A DNA stretch of 64,000 nt from a bacterium (lineage in GTDB: Bacteria > Patescibacteriota > Patescibacteriia > Patescibacteriales > GWC2-42-12), in the NCBI GenBank assembly GCA_030649205.1, contig JAUSGE010000020.1:850-64849 (forward strand). Reading direction: 5' to 3'. Below are positions 25,214 to 35,226 of this stretch, in pieces (the stretch's first letter is position 1; every line of letters starts with the position of its first letter). The notes beneath the pieces are model-generated. The model saw only the letters and a list, made by a program, of their open reading frames with translations. It did no database searches and was not told the origin of the DNA. Both the position numbers and the translations under genes were made by a program.

Positions 25214-25334
25214 TTTCTAAAATTCTAAACAAATTCTAAATTCAAATGTTCTAAACTCAAAACGCATTCGTTTGTGATTTTGGATTTTGGTCATTTGAAT
25301 TTGTTTAGGATTTAGGATTTCGTATTTAGAATTT
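25214..25334. repeat. Family 8 AT-rich palindromic spacer element, directly upstream of rpsS
   Basis: Homologous to 18468..18598, sharing the centre caaaacgcatt.gt and the right arm ggtcatttgaatttgtttag. Confidence 0.8.
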
Positions 25335-25340
25335 AAAAAA

Positions 25341-26174
25341 CTATTTTTTCCTTCTGCTTATAATTAATCTATTTGATCTCTTTTTATGCTTTCTGGTCTT
25401 CACGCCCAGGGCCGGCTTGCCCCAGATGGTTTTCGGATGCTTAAGTCCGATCGGCTGGTTGCCTTCGCCGCCGCCGTGCGGATGATCAACCGGATTCATG
25501 GCTGTTCCTCTGACCGTCGGCCTAACGCCTTTTAGTCTTTGCCGCCCGGCCCGGCCGATGGTAATATGCCTGAAATCCGGATTGCTGACCTGGCCCACCG
25601 TGCACAAGCATTCTTTGTTCACTAATCTTATTTCGCTTGATGGCAGCTTTATTTGCGCGTGATTGCCTAAAATCCCCATGACAAAAACCAAATTACCGGC
25701 CGCTCGGGCGATCTTGGCGCCCCGGCCCGGCTCTAATTCTATATTATACACCTCCACGCCTGAAGGAATAAACTTAATCGGCATGGCATTGCCGGGTTTT
25801 ATTTCAATCTGCTTTCTGGAACTTAAAATTTCAGCTCCGACTTTCAGCCCCACCGGCAGGACAATATATCTTTTGGCGCCGTCTTTATAATTAACCAAAC
25901 CGATGCGGGCGCCGCGATTGGGGTCGTATTCAATGGACATGATCTTCCCCGGTATATCAAATTTATTCCTGAAAAAATCAATCTGGCGGATATACCTTTT
26001 TACGCCGCCGCCCTGATGGCGCACGGTAATTTTGCCTTGGTTGTTCCGGCCGGCTTGGCTTTTGCGGATGACGATCAAACTTTTTTCCGGTTCGGTTTTT
26101 GTAATATCCAAAAAATCATCAAAGGTGGCTGACCTTCTGCCCGGTGACGTAGGTTTTACAATCTTTATGCCCAT
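25341..26174 (-). CDS. rplB: 50S ribosomal protein L2
   Basis: GRRNNQGKITVRHQGGG and MNPVDHPHGGGEG motifs. Confidence 0.97.
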   Translation of the reverse strand: MGIKIVKPTSPGRRSATFDDFLDITKTEPEKSLIVIRKSQAGRNNQGKITVRHQGGGVKRYIRQIDFFRNKFDIPGKIMSIEYDPNRGARIGLVNYKDGAKRYIVLPVGLKVGAEILSSRKQIEIKPGNAMPIKFIPSGVEVYNIELEPGRGAKIARAAGNLVFVMGILGNHAQIKLPSSEIRLVNKECLCTVGQVSNPDFRHITIGRAGRQRLKGVRPTVRGTAMNPVDHPHGGGEGNQPIGLKHPKTIWGKPALGVKTRKHKKRSNRLIISRRKK

Positions 26175-26215
26175 ATCATTTATTGAAAATTGGTAATTGA
26201 AAATTGAAAATTAAC

Positions 26216-26647
26216 TTACACTCCTTCATAAACTTTAATCGTTTCGCCTTTTGGCAAAGTAACAATCGCTTTTTTCCAGTCTTTGCGCCTGCCGCTGATT
26301 CGCCCATAGCGCGCAATTTTCCCTTGCATTTTTATTATGTTCACGCTTACCGGCTTAACTCCGTAAACTTCCTTTACCGCTTTGGCCACTTCAATTTTAT
26401 TGGCATACGCCGACACCGCGAAAACATATTTATTCAAAACGCCTAAATTACTGACTTTTTCCGTGACTAACGGCTTGGCCAAAATTTTATAAGCATTGCC
26501 ATAAGCCGCTTTTTTAACAACGGCGGCGGCCTTGCCTTTAACGCTCTCGCCTGCGCCAGAGTATAAATCCTTCATGCTTTTCGCCTCGGGCTTTTCAGCG
26601 GTTTCTGACTTTTTCTTATCTTCAGTTTTTTTATTAAATAATGCCAT
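26216..26647 (-). CDS. rplW: 50S ribosomal protein L23 (about 45-aa N-terminal extension)
   Basis: ILAKPLVTEKVSNL...YVFAVSAYANKIEVAKAVKEVYGVKP core. Confidence 0.9.
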   Translation of the reverse strand: MALFNKKTEDKKKSETAEKPEAKSMKDLYSGAGESVKGKAAAVVKKAAYGNAYKILAKPLVTEKVSNLGVLNKYVFAVSAYANKIEVAKAVKEVYGVKPVSVNIIKMQGKIARYGRISGRRKDWKKAIVTLPKGETIKVYEGV

Positions 26648-26656
26648 ACCCTATTT

Positions 26657-26683
26657 GTCATTCCCGCGCAGGCGGGAATCCAG
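26657..26683. repeat. Family 1 palindromic repeat between rplD and rplW
   Basis: gtcattcccgcgcaggcgggaatccag. Confidence 0.85.
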
Positions 26684-26685
26684 AA

Positions 26686-27354
26686 TTATTTATATCTCTC
26701 CTCCAGCTTTTCCACGGCCGTTTTAGTCATCACCAAATTCTTATATTTCAATAAATCAACTAAATTAATATTATTTAAATTAATCAATTCCACCCCAGGC
26801 AGGTTCTTCGCCGAATACTTCAATTTCTCCTCCGCCTTTTCCGCGATAATCAGATAACTTCTCTTTGGCATTTTCCCGGTCGTCTGTTGTCTGTTTTCTG
26901 CCGCCTTTTCCAATCTGTCTATTATGCCATTAAAGATCTTAGTTTTAAACTCCGCCGCTTCCAGCTTATCCAAGACCGTGAGATTTTCATTGGCCGCCTT
27001 GTCCGACAGCGCCATCAAAATCGCGCTCTGCTTCATTTTCTTGTTTATTCTCATTTTAAAATTCCGCTCGTTTCTCGGGCCGAAAGTAACGCCGCCGCCA
27101 ATCCAAATCGGCGATCGGGACGAACCGTGCCTGGCTCGGCCGGTGCCTTTCTGCTTCCAGGGCTTGCGGCCGCCGCCTCTAACCTCGCTTCGATCTTTAG
27201 TATGGGCAATCACTTTTCTTTCATTCGCCATTTGCGCCACTACGGCCTGGTGTACCAGGGCCGGATTGACTTTCACGCCGAAAACCTTGTCGGAAAGTTC
27301 CATTTCTCCCACTGCTTCCGCGTTTTGATTGTAGACTTTTACTTTAAGGCTCAT
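26686..27354 (-). CDS. rplD: 50S ribosomal protein L4 (start at MSLKVKVYN)
   Basis: RGGGRKPWKQKGTGRARHGS motif. Confidence 0.95.
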   Translation of the reverse strand: MSLKVKVYNQNAEAVGEMELSDKVFGVKVNPALVHQAVVAQMANERKVIAHTKDRSEVRGGGRKPWKQKGTGRARHGSSRSPIWIGGGVTFGPRNERNFKMRINKKMKQSAILMALSDKAANENLTVLDKLEAAEFKTKIFNGIIDRLEKAAENRQQTTGKMPKRSYLIIAEKAEEKLKYSAKNLPGVELINLNNINLVDLLKYKNLVMTKTAVEKLEERYK

Positions 27355-27434
27355 ATTTATAATAATCAATATTCAACGCTCAATATTCAATCAATATTTT
27401 AATATTCAAATAATCATTGGATATTGTATATTTT

Positions 27435-28205
27435 TTACTTCTTTTCTGCTTCGTTTTCCTTAACTTCCACTTCTTCTTTAACTTCCGCAACAGTTTCAGC
27501 CGCAGTTTCAACCGCAGTCTCGGTATTTTCTGTCGCCTGTTTACTGTCGTCTATTTTCTTAATTTTCAGCTCCCCTTCGCCGCTGATCAGCACCAGGCCG
27601 TTTCTCGCTCCCGGCACCGCGCCACTGACATATAATATATTATTAGCCTGGTCAACTTGCACGATTTTCAAATTAGCCGTCGTCACCTGCTCATTGCCCA
27701 TGCGTCCGGGCATGCGCATGCCTTTTAAAACGTGCTGGATGCCGCCGGCGCCGATTGAGCCGGAAGTTCTAACCTGGTCTTTAGTGCCGTGCGTAGTATT
27801 ATGGCCATGCCAGCCGTGGCGCCTAACGCCGCCCTGGAACCCTTTGCCTTTTGATGTGCCCGTAACTTTTATTACGTCGCCGGCTTCAAAGGTACTGACG
27901 TCCACCATATCGCCGACTTGCAAATCATTGGCTTCATCCCTAAATTCTCTTAAATATTTTAAATTATTCTTTCCGTCTTTAGAAACGATTCCGGCCTTTT
28001 TCAAGTGTCCGGTTTGCGCTTTCTTGATATTTTTTTCTTTTCTTTCGCCATAGCCAAGCTGAACCGCCGCGTAGCCGTCTTTACCGGCGATGGCTTTCAG
28101 CTGAACCACCGGACAAGGCCCGGCCTGGACTTTGGTCGCGCCGATCACCCTCTCGCCCTGCCAAACCTGCGTCATTTCTAATTTCTTGCCTATGATAAAT
28201 TTCAT
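27435..28205 (-). CDS. rplC: 50S ribosomal protein L3 (acidic C-terminal extension)
   Basis: GKKLEMTQVW..., FEAGDVIKVTGTSKGKGFQGGVRRHGW motif. Confidence 0.95.
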   Translation of the reverse strand: MKFIIGKKLEMTQVWQGERVIGATKVQAGPCPVVQLKAIAGKDGYAAVQLGYGERKEKNIKKAQTGHLKKAGIVSKDGKNNLKYLREFRDEANDLQVGDMVDVSTFEAGDVIKVTGTSKGKGFQGGVRRHGWHGHNTTHGTKDQVRTSGSIGAGGIQHVLKGMRMPGRMGNEQVTTANLKIVQVDQANNILYVSGAVPGARNGLVLISGEGELKIKKIDDSKQATENTETAVETAAETVAEVKEEVEVKENEAEKK

Positions 28206-28390
28206 ATTTTTTATAAAACAAAAGCCGGTTGTTCAACAAACCAGCTCAAGCCGCTTGGCGCGGTTTAATCCTAAACTTTTAGAATTTTAGCTGTTGAACT
28301 TTTCCTCGCTCTTATATTAATTTTCATTTAAACACTTTCCTTGAAAGGAGTTGTCCAAACGATTATTAATATTATAATAAAATAAACAAC

Positions 28391-28771
28391 TTACATTTTT
28401 ATTTCCACATCCACGCCGGCCGGCAGCCCCAGATTGGTCAATGACTCAATGGTCTTGGCCGTGGGCTCAATAATATCCACCAATCTCTTATGTATTCTGA
28501 TTTCGTACTGATCGCGGGAATCTTTATGCACAAAAGTAGAGCTGTTGACCGTGTATTTTTTCTTCTCGGTGGGCAGGGGGATGGGGCCGTAAATCTGCGC
28601 GCCGGTTCTCGCCGCCGTATCAATGATAGTTTTGGTGGACTGATCAATAATTTTGTGGTCAAAAGCCTTGATCTTAATGCGGATTCTCTGCTTGAAATCT
28701 TCATTTTTTGTTTCCGTTTTGACTTCAGCCTCTCCGCCTTTAGCGAGCTTTTTGTCTTTTGCGTCTGCCAT
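28391..28771 (-). CDS. rpsJ: 30S ribosomal protein S10 (about 25-aa N-terminal extension)
   Basis: [30 protein letters not shown]...GPIPLPT and HKRLVDI. Confidence 0.95.
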   Translation of the reverse strand: MADAKDKKLAKGGEAEVKTETKNEDFKQRIRIKIKAFDHKIIDQSTKTIIDTAARTGAQIYGPIPLPTEKKKYTVNSSTFVHKDSRDQYEIRIHKRLVDIIEPTAKTIESLTNLGLPAGVDVEIKM

Positions 28772-28813
28772 GTTCCTTAAATAAATTTTTAATTTTACTC
28801 AAACCAACATTAT

Positions 28814-28841
28814 AACCCGCCCGAATTAATTCGGGCGGGTT
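28814..28841 (-). terminator. Strong hairpin between tuf and rpsJ (terminator- or attenuator-like; weak U tract)
   Basis: aacccgcccgaattaattcgggcgggtt, 7 nt after the tuf stop. The downstream tract is only TTATAATGTTGG. Confidence 0.4.
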
Positions 28842-28847
28842 AAATGC

Positions 28848-30035
28848 CTATTTGATTATCTTTGTTACTACTCCCGCGCCCACGGTTCGTCCGCCTTCGC
28901 GGATGGCAAATCTCATCTTTTCTTCCAAAGCGATCGGCGCGATTAATTTCACTTTTAAATTAACCGTATCGCCGGGCATAACCATTTCCGTGCCTTCCGG
29001 CAATTCAACCTCGCCGGTAACGTCAGTGGTGCGGATATAAAATTGCGGCTTGTAGCCTTTAAAAAACGGCTTATGGCGCCCGCCTTCTTCTTTGGTTAAA
29101 ATATAGACTTCGCCTTCATATTCGGTGTGCGGGCTGACCGACCCCGGTTTAGCCAATACCTGGCCTCTTTCAACTTCGTCCTTTTTGGTGCCGCGCAGAA
29201 GCAAGCCCGCGTTGTCTCCGGCCATGCCGGAATCCAATGATTTATTAAACATTTCAATGCCGGTGATCACGGTTTTTTGCGTATCTTTTAAGCCCACAAT
29301 TTCCACTTCTTCATTGATTTTAATCATGCCTCTTTCAATTCTGCCGGTCACCACGGTGCCGCGGCCTTCAATGGAAAAAATATCTTCCACCGGCATTAAG
29401 AACGGCTTATCGGTTTCGCGCTTGGGCTCGGGAATGTATTCGTCCAAAGCCTTGGCTAAATCTAAAATCGCCTGGCCGTATTCTCCGGCCGGATTCTCCA
29501 GCGCCTTTAAGGCCGAACCTCTGATAATCGGCGTAGTATCTCCGGGAAATTCGTACTTTTTGAGCAAGTCGCGAATTTCTTCTTCCACCAAATCAATTAA
29601 TTCTTTATCTTCAACCATGTCGCATTTATTCAAAAAAACCACGATATAGGGCACGCCAACCTGCCTGGCGAGCAGGATATGCTCTCTGGTTTGCGGCATC
29701 GGCCCGTCAGTGGCGGCCACAACTAAAACCGCGCCGTCCATTTGCGCCGCGCCGGTAATCATGTTCTTGACGTAATCGGCGTGTCCGGGACAATCAACGT
29801 GGGCATAGTGCCTTTTTTCGGTTTCGTATTCAACGTGGCAAGTGGCAATGGTGATGCCGCGCTCCCTTTCTTCCGGCGCCGCGTCAATCTGATCAACGCT
29901 TTTATTGGATGCTTTGTAGCCTTTGGCGGCGAGCACTTTAAGCATTGCCGCGGTCAAGGTTGTTTTGCCATGGTCAACATGGCCGATCGTTCCCACGTTA
30001 ACGTGAGGTTTTGTTCGTTCAAATTTTTCCGCCAT
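28848..30035 (-). CDS. tuf: Elongation factor Tu
   Basis: [15 protein letters not shown] and NKCD GTPase motifs, 395 aa. Confidence 0.98.
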   Translation of the reverse strand: MAEKFERTKPHVNVGTIGHVDHGKTTLTAAMLKVLAAKGYKASNKSVDQIDAAPEERERGITIATCHVEYETEKRHYAHVDCPGHADYVKNMITGAAQMDGAVLVVAATDGPMPQTREHILLARQVGVPYIVVFLNKCDMVEDKELIDLVEEEIRDLLKKYEFPGDTTPIIRGSALKALENPAGEYGQAILDLAKALDEYIPEPKRETDKPFLMPVEDIFSIEGRGTVVTGRIERGMIKINEEVEIVGLKDTQKTVITGIEMFNKSLDSGMAGDNAGLLLRGTKKDEVERGQVLAKPGSVSPHTEYEGEVYILTKEEGGRHKPFFKGYKPQFYIRTTDVTGEVELPEGTEMVMPGDTVNLKVKLIAPIALEEKMRFAIREGGRTVGAGVVTKIIK

Positions 30036-30056
30036 ATTTATTTCTTTATTTATAAA

Positions 30057-30467
30057 TTAAAAAGTTACGTCTTCCAAATACTGCCGGTCTTCTTCTATAA
30101 TTTCCTCGGCCAAGCTTTTTCGCTTTGGAGGAATTGACCAGCCTCGCTTGGCCTTTTTGATTATCTGGCCGATCGCTTCCGGTTTTTTATCGTCCGCTTC
30201 GTCCGCTTGAATTTTAATATTTTCAAAATTGCCTAAATTTACATCAAAATCTTGCTCACTTTTCCAAATAGCAATGTCGCGATTTATTTTATCAAGTAAC
30301 TCATCTTCTGTCAATCCCCTGACCTCGCTCTTGCCTAAAACCAAATTTTCATAGTCTTTTAGCGCCAATATCATGAAGATATTGTCCGGCTTGGAGCTGT
30401 CAAAAACAATTAGGCGATCGCCGGTTTTTTTCGCCAAATTAATCGCTTTTTGCAATTGATCCTGCAT
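30057..30467 (-). CDS. Hypothetical protein, 136 aa, inserted between fusA and tuf
   Basis: Open frame ending 22 nt before the tuf start. The N-terminal 45 aa faintly recall a Phd/YefM-type fold (LAKKTGDRLIVFDSSKPDNIFMILALKDYENL). No firm family. Confidence 0.5.
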   Translation of the reverse strand: MQDQLQKAINLAKKTGDRLIVFDSSKPDNIFMILALKDYENLVLGKSEVRGLTEDELLDKINRDIAIWKSEQDFDVNLGNFENIKIQADEADDKKPEAIGQIIKKAKRGWSIPPKRKSLAEEIIEEDRQYLEDVTF

Positions 30468-30676
30468 AGGGGCAAATGAAAATATTTAGAATATTTACAT
30501 TATATCTTGCAAATAAAACAATTGTCAACTGAAAATAGCCTAATCAAAAAATTTCTAATTACTAATTTCCAATTCCTAATGAAAATCTAAATATCTAATG
30601 TCTAATAATTGAACATTGGGCATTAAAAATTTTATTGGATATTGGTAATTGGATATTGGATATTGGATATTTATTC

Positions 30677-32758
30677 CTACTTTTTATCCTTTCCCCCGAT
30701 AATCTCTTCGGCTACGTTTCTCGGCACCTCGCTGTAATAACCGAATTCCATGCTATAGCTGGCCCGGCCTTGTGTCATGGATCTTAACTGCGTAGCGTAG
30801 CCGAACATTTCCGACAGCGGCACTTTAGCTTTAATAAACTTAACGTTCGCCCGGTCGCCCATTTCTTCTATTTGCGCCCGCTTGGAATTCAAATCGCCGA
30901 TCACCTCGCCCATAAATTCTTCCGGCGTCACGGCTTCAACTTTCATTATCGGCTCTAAGATTATCGGCGAAGCATGGCGGCAGGCCTCCTGAAACGCCAT
31001 TGAACCGGCAATCTTAAAAGCGGCTTCAGATGAATCCACTTCATGATAACTGCCGTCAAACACGGAAACTTTAACATCAACGATCGGATAACCGGCCGAA
31101 ATGCCCCGGCTCAAAGCTTCTTTAACGCCTTTTTCTATAGCCGGAATATATTCGCGCGGAATGGTTCCGCCCTTAACATCATCGGAAAATTCAAAGCCTT
31201 TGCCCGCCTCGTTGGGTCCGACTTTTAGCCAGCAATGGCCGTATTGGCCGCGGCCGCCTGACTGCTTGATATATTTTCCTTCAGCCTCGGCCTCATTTTT
31301 AATGGTTTCGCGATAAGCTACTTGCGGCTTGCCCACATTGGCTTCAACTTTAAATTCGCGCTTCATTCGGTCAACAATAATATCCAGATGCAATTCCCCC
31401 ATGCCGCCGATAATCGTCTGCATGGTTTCTTCATCGCTCCTGACTCTGAAAGTCGGATCTTCTTCGGCCAGTTTGGCTAAAGCCATGCCCATCTTTTCCT
31501 GATCAGCCTTGGTTTTAGGCTCAATGGCAATATGAATAACCGGTTCCGGAAAAGTGATTGATTCCAATACCAGCGGCCGGCTTTCGTCGCACAAGGTGTT
31601 GCCGGTGGTCGTGCCTTTAAGCCCGATAGCGGCCGCGATTTCTCCGGCATAAACTTCTTGCACTTCTTCGCGATGGTTGGCGTGCATCCTGACGATGCGG
31701 CCGATTCTTTCACGATTGCCGGTAGTCGTATTTAAAACGTAGGAACCAGACTTTAGGACGCCGCTATAAACTCGGATAAAGCAAAGTTTGCCGACATATG
31801 GGTCGGTGGCGATTTTAAATGCCAGGGCCGCGAACGGTTCGGCGTCCGACGGTTTCACCTCAATTATTTTTTCCTTGTCATCAGGGTCAAAACCGGTGAT
31901 CGCCGGCACATCCAGAGGCGAAGGCAAGTAATCAACCACCGCGTCCAACAAAGATTGCACGCCTTTATTTTTTAAAGCCGAGCCGCAGAGCACCGGCACA
32001 ATTTTATTGGTATTAACGGCTTGGCGCAAAACTTTTTTCAGATCCGCCACGGAGATTTCCTGGCCGTTTAAATATTTGTCCATTAGCACTTCGTCATTCT
32101 CCGCGATGGCTTCAACCAACTTGGCGCGATACTCTTCAACCTTGGCTTTCATGTCTTCCGGAATTTCGCGATCTTCCCATTTAGTGCCCAGCTCATCCAG
32201 AAAAAATCGCGCCTTTTTTTCAAATAAATCAATAATGCCGAAAAATTGATCCTCGGCGCCGATCGGCAGCTGAATCGGGTGGGCATGCTTAGTCAAGCGC
32301 TTATGGATGGAATCCAAATCAAAATAAAAATTCGCGCCGGTCCGGTCCATTTTATTTATAAAAGCGATGCGCGGCACTTTGTATTTATCCGCCTGATGCC
32401 AAACGGTTTCGGATTGCGGCTCCACGCCGGCCACGCCGTCAAACACCACCACGCCGCCGTCTAAGACGCGGAGCGAACGCTCCACTTCCACGGTAAAATC
32501 CACGTGGCCGGGAGTATCAATGATATTGATGCGCGCGTCTTTCCAAAAGCAGGTCGTGGCGGCCGAAGTAATGGTAATGCCGCGTTCTTTTTCCTGCTCC
32601 ATCCAATCCATTTCAGCCGCGCCTTCATGCACTTCGCCGATTTTATGCTTTTTGCCGGTATAAAAAAGCACCCGCTCGCTGACCGTGGTCTTGCCCGCGT
32701 CAATGTGGGCGATGATGCCTATGTTTCGTGTTTTTTCCAAGCTATATTCTCGTGGCAT
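30677..32758 (-). CDS. fusA: Elongation factor G (start at [14 protein letters not shown]; the track ORF extends 66 nt into a repeat)
   Basis: [14 protein letters not shown] and NKMD motifs, about 690 aa. Confidence 0.98.
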   Translation of the reverse strand: MPREYSLEKTRNIGIIAHIDAGKTTVSERVLFYTGKKHKIGEVHEGAAEMDWMEQEKERGITITSAATTCFWKDARINIIDTPGHVDFTVEVERSLRVLDGGVVVFDGVAGVEPQSETVWHQADKYKVPRIAFINKMDRTGANFYFDLDSIHKRLTKHAHPIQLPIGAEDQFFGIIDLFEKKARFFLDELGTKWEDREIPEDMKAKVEEYRAKLVEAIAENDEVLMDKYLNGQEISVADLKKVLRQAVNTNKIVPVLCGSALKNKGVQSLLDAVVDYLPSPLDVPAITGFDPDDKEKIIEVKPSDAEPFAALAFKIATDPYVGKLCFIRVYSGVLKSGSYVLNTTTGNRERIGRIVRMHANHREEVQEVYAGEIAAAIGLKGTTTGNTLCDESRPLVLESITFPEPVIHIAIEPKTKADQEKMGMALAKLAEEDPTFRVRSDEETMQTIIGGMGELHLDIIVDRMKREFKVEANVGKPQVAYRETIKNEAEAEGKYIKQSGGRGQYGHCWLKVGPNEAGKGFEFSDDVKGGTIPREYIPAIEKGVKEALSRGISAGYPIVDVKVSVFDGSYHEVDSSEAAFKIAGSMAFQEACRHASPIILEPIMKVEAVTPEEFMGEVIGDLNSKRAQIEEMGDRANVKFIKAKVPLSEMFGYATQLRSMTQGRASYSMEFGYYSEVPRNVAEEIIGGKDKK

Positions 32759-32819
32759 AATTTGTATTTTGCCCCCTTGATTGCCCCCCTTGTAAAGGGG
32801 GATTAAGGGGGTTGGTTTT

Positions 32820-32856
32820 GTCATTGCGAGCCGCGTACTCGCGGCGAAGCAATCTC
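32820..32856. repeat. Family 2 repeat half (gtcattgcgagccgcgtactcgcggcgaagcaatctc) upstream of fusA
   Basis: Same ends as 7039 and 43164. The adjacent 32771..32815 carries a C/G-run hairpin, ccccccttgtaaaggggg. Confidence 0.8.
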
Positions 32857-32883
32857 ACGCACAACAATACTTAAATTAATTTA

Positions 32884-33756
32884 TTATCTTTTATTTATTG
32901 GCGTCTGTTCTTCCAACCCAGTTAACATTGTTTCACAATTTTGTTTTAAAATATTACTATCTTTTGTATTGAACTTTCTAATGGAATATAAACTTTTTGA
33001 ACCATCGTATAATACAGAAAATTCGCATTCATTATTATTTTTTCTCTTTTGATTTTCAGCTATCGCTATATTAGGCTCGGTAGAATATAGTTTGTTGATT
33101 ATTTCGATATTATTAAAATTTTTATTTACAAAATTTCCTCCGTCAGAAAAAAATATTTGCACTGTCGTTCCTCCGGCAAAATTATATGTATACCAATTTT
33201 TAGGATATTTAAAATTAGTCAAAACGCCAATTTTTACACCATTTTTTTCTTCATCAAATACCTGCCAATCCGCTGTCGGATCGGTAAATTTAAAAGAATC
33301 AACTAATTTATCAAATTCGTTCTCGGTAAAATAATCATTACCATTTTTATCAAATAAAAAGTCGAAACTATATAAATTTTTATTTTCTTCAGTTATACAG
33401 GTTTTCATTTTAGCACTCTCATTTATCGTCTTGGACGGCTTTAAATCACAAAACCAATTTAAACCATTATTTTTATGCGTGGTACGACGCTCGTCGGGAA
33501 ACGCTTTTGCATAATATTGAATATATTCATCTAAGCTACTGATACTTTTGTTATCTGCGCCAAGCAGAGCATAATTACCTACTATTAAAGTACCTAAATT
33601 TAATGCGGCTTCAGTATTACGACCGGCAACAACAGGAAAAAAGGATAAATTCAAATATTGCTTATACTTATTAGATGATGGTTGCTCCGCATTTAACTCT
33701 ATCTTTAATTTATCTTTATTCTTTATTTTTATACGTCTGCCAATTAGCTGTTTCAT
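32884..33756 (-). CDS. Hypothetical AT-rich protein (Asn/Lys-rich) between rpsG and fusA; probably the body of a frameshifted secreted protein
   Basis: Long open frame that is visibly more AT-rich than its flanks. The upstream signal-anchor ORF 33716..33931 is in another frame and overlaps it in an A-rich tract. Confidence 0.5.
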   Translation of the reverse strand: MKQLIGRRIKIKNKDKLKIELNAEQPSSNKYKQYLNLSFFPVVAGRNTEAALNLGTLIVGNYALLGADNKSISSLDEYIQYYAKAFPDERRTTHKNNGLNWFCDLKPSKTINESAKMKTCITEENKNLYSFDFLFDKNGNDYFTENEFDKLVDSFKFTDPTADWQVFDEEKNGVKIGVLTNFKYPKNWYTYNFAGGTTVQIFFSDGGNFVNKNFNNIEIINKLYSTEPNIAIAENQKRKNNNECEFSVLYDGSKSLYSIRKFNTKDSNILKQNCETMLTGLEEQTPINKR

Positions 33757-33931
33757 CAGCCGTGGCCAATGGATTTGAGCTTGTACTGACGCTGGTCGAC
33801 GGATTCGGACTTGTCTTTTGACTCGCTTTTTCAGCCGACTTTTGCCAAAAATAATATGAACCATAAGAAATACCGCCCAAGATTAAAATGGCGGCTAACG
33901 CAATAATGGTAATATATTGTTTTTTCGGCAT
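33716..33931 (-). CDS. Signal-anchor N-terminal segment (71 aa), likely the 5' part of the same gene as 32884..33756
   Basis: MPKKQYITIIALAAILILGGISYG is a hydrophobic anchor. It stops within ataaaaataaagaataaag, where the downstream frame is already open. Confidence 0.45.
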   Translation of the reverse strand: MPKKQYITIIALAAILILGGISYGSYYFWQKSAEKASQKTSPNPSTSVSTSSNPLATADETANWQTYKNKE

Positions 33932-33971
33932 AAAATTATTTTTACAACTGCTTCATCCCTGCCACGCCCTT

Positions 33972-33998
33972 CTGGATTCCCGCTTTCGCGGGAATGAC
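33972..33998. repeat. Family 1 palindromic repeat (inverted orientation)
   Basis: ctggattcccgctttcgcgggaatgac. Confidence 0.85.
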
Positions 33999-34008
33999 AA
34001 AAGGAATA

Positions 34009-34476
34009 TTATCTCGCGAAATGCGCGAACGCTTTATTGGCTTCGGCCATGCGGTGCACTTCAGCCCTCTTTTTCACGGCCGCGCCTTCGCCTTTGGCCG
34101 CGTCCATGATTTCCATGGCCAATTTCTCCGCCATGGGCTTGCCTTTGCGCGCGCTCGCCGCGGTAATGATCCAGCGGCTGCCTAAATTAAAGCGCCGCTC
34201 GCCGCGGACCTGAAACGGAATCTGGTAATTGGCGCCGCCGATTCTGCGGCCCCTGATTTCCAATAATGGGCTTACCTGCTTTAAAGCTTTATTAAAAACA
34301 TGCCTGGGGTCCTGCTTGGTCGCTTCTTTAATTATGTCAAAACTGCCATAGACGATTTTCTGCGCCACGGTTTTTTTGCCCCGTTCCATGATGTAGTTAA
34401 TGAATTTGGCCACGTCTTGGTCGTTAAATTTCGCGTCCGGCTGAATTTTTCTTTTTGAAACTGGTTTTCCTCGCAT
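34009..34476 (-). CDS. rpsG: 30S ribosomal protein S7
   Basis: KFINYIMERGKKTVAQKIVY and the AEANKAFAHFAR C-terminus. Confidence 0.97.
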   Translation of the reverse strand: MRGKPVSKRKIQPDAKFNDQDVAKFINYIMERGKKTVAQKIVYGSFDIIKEATKQDPRHVFNKALKQVSPLLEIRGRRIGGANYQIPFQVRGERRFNLGSRWIITAASARKGKPMAEKLAMEIMDAAKGEGAAVKKRAEVHRMAEANKAFAHFAR

Positions 34477-34488
34477 ATTTCTTAATTA

Positions 34489-34601
34489 TATCAAGTAAAA
34501 ATTTAGTGGCCGTAGAGCTTTGCTCGCTATTAAATTTTTACTTGATACCTTATATTTTTTGAAAGTATTGAAAACTTTTTCTAAAAAAGTTTTTAAAGGT
34601 T
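34489..34601. repeat. Family 10 hairpin module, full copy, directly upstream of rpsG
   Basis: tatcaagtaaaaatttagtggccgtagagctttgctcgctattaaatttttacttgata plus the gaaaactttttctaaaaaagttttt hairpin. Confidence 0.9.
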
Positions 34602-34602
34602 A

Positions 34603-35022
34603 TTATTTCTTCGGAGTCTTAGCCCCGTACCTGCTCCTTGACTGTCTTCTGCCTTCCACGCCCTGGGTATCATAAACTCCTCTGATTATTTTATAGCGAA
34701 CGCCCGGCAAATCTTTGGTACGGCCGCCTTTAAGCATAACGATGGAATGCTCCTGCAGATTATGGCCGATGCCCGGAATATAGGCGGTAACTTCCATGCC
34801 GTTGGACAGGCGCACGCGCGCGATTTTTCTTAAAGCCGAGTTAGGCTTTTTCGGCGTGGTCGTCGTCACCTTTAAGCAGACGCCGCGCTTAAACGGCGCG
34901 CCTTTAGCCAGCACGGTTCTTTTGCGATGCAAAGTATCAAGAGTTGATTGCAAGGCCGGCGACTTAGTTTTATTTCTGCTTGAATGCCGGCCTTTCCTGA
35001 CCAGCTGATTTATGGTAGGCAT
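34603..35022 (-). CDS. rpsL: 30S ribosomal protein S12
   Basis: [12 protein letters not shown] and [11 protein letters not shown] motifs. Confidence 0.98.
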   Translation of the reverse strand: MPTINQLVRKGRHSSRNKTKSPALQSTLDTLHRKRTVLAKGAPFKRGVCLKVTTTTPKKPNSALRKIARVRLSNGMEVTAYIPGIGHNLQEHSIVMLKGGRTKDLPGVRYKIIRGVYDTQGVEGRRQSRSRYGAKTPKK

Positions 35023-35029
35023 ATTAATT

Positions 35030-35140
35030 TATCAAGTTAAAATTTAATGGCCGTAGAGCTTTGCTCGCTATTAAATTTTTACTTGATACCTTATATTTTT
35101 TGAAAGTATTGAAAACTTTTTTGAAAAAGTTTTCAAGGGG
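35030..35140. repeat. Family 10 hairpin module, full copy, directly upstream of rpsL
   Basis: Near-identical to 34489..34601. Confidence 0.9.
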
Positions 35141-35226
35141 GTAAAAAAACAAACCCGAATATTCGGGATATAAATAAATTTAATTGCTTATTCTAATTTA
35201 ACACAAGAAATAAAAACGGTCAAGAG

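Noticed and set aside
28206-28390. The 185-nt rpsJ-rplC spacer as an S10-leader-like regulatory RNA.
   Set aside because: Only weak, imperfect pairings were seen (gttcaac..gttgaac), and there is no recognisable L4-binding attenuator geometry. Evidence is insufficient.
32759-32824. N-terminal extension of fusA ([22 protein letters not shown]).
   Set aside because: It is encoded by the C/G-run hairpin repeat at 32771..32815. The canonical EF-G N-terminus starts at [14 protein letters not shown].
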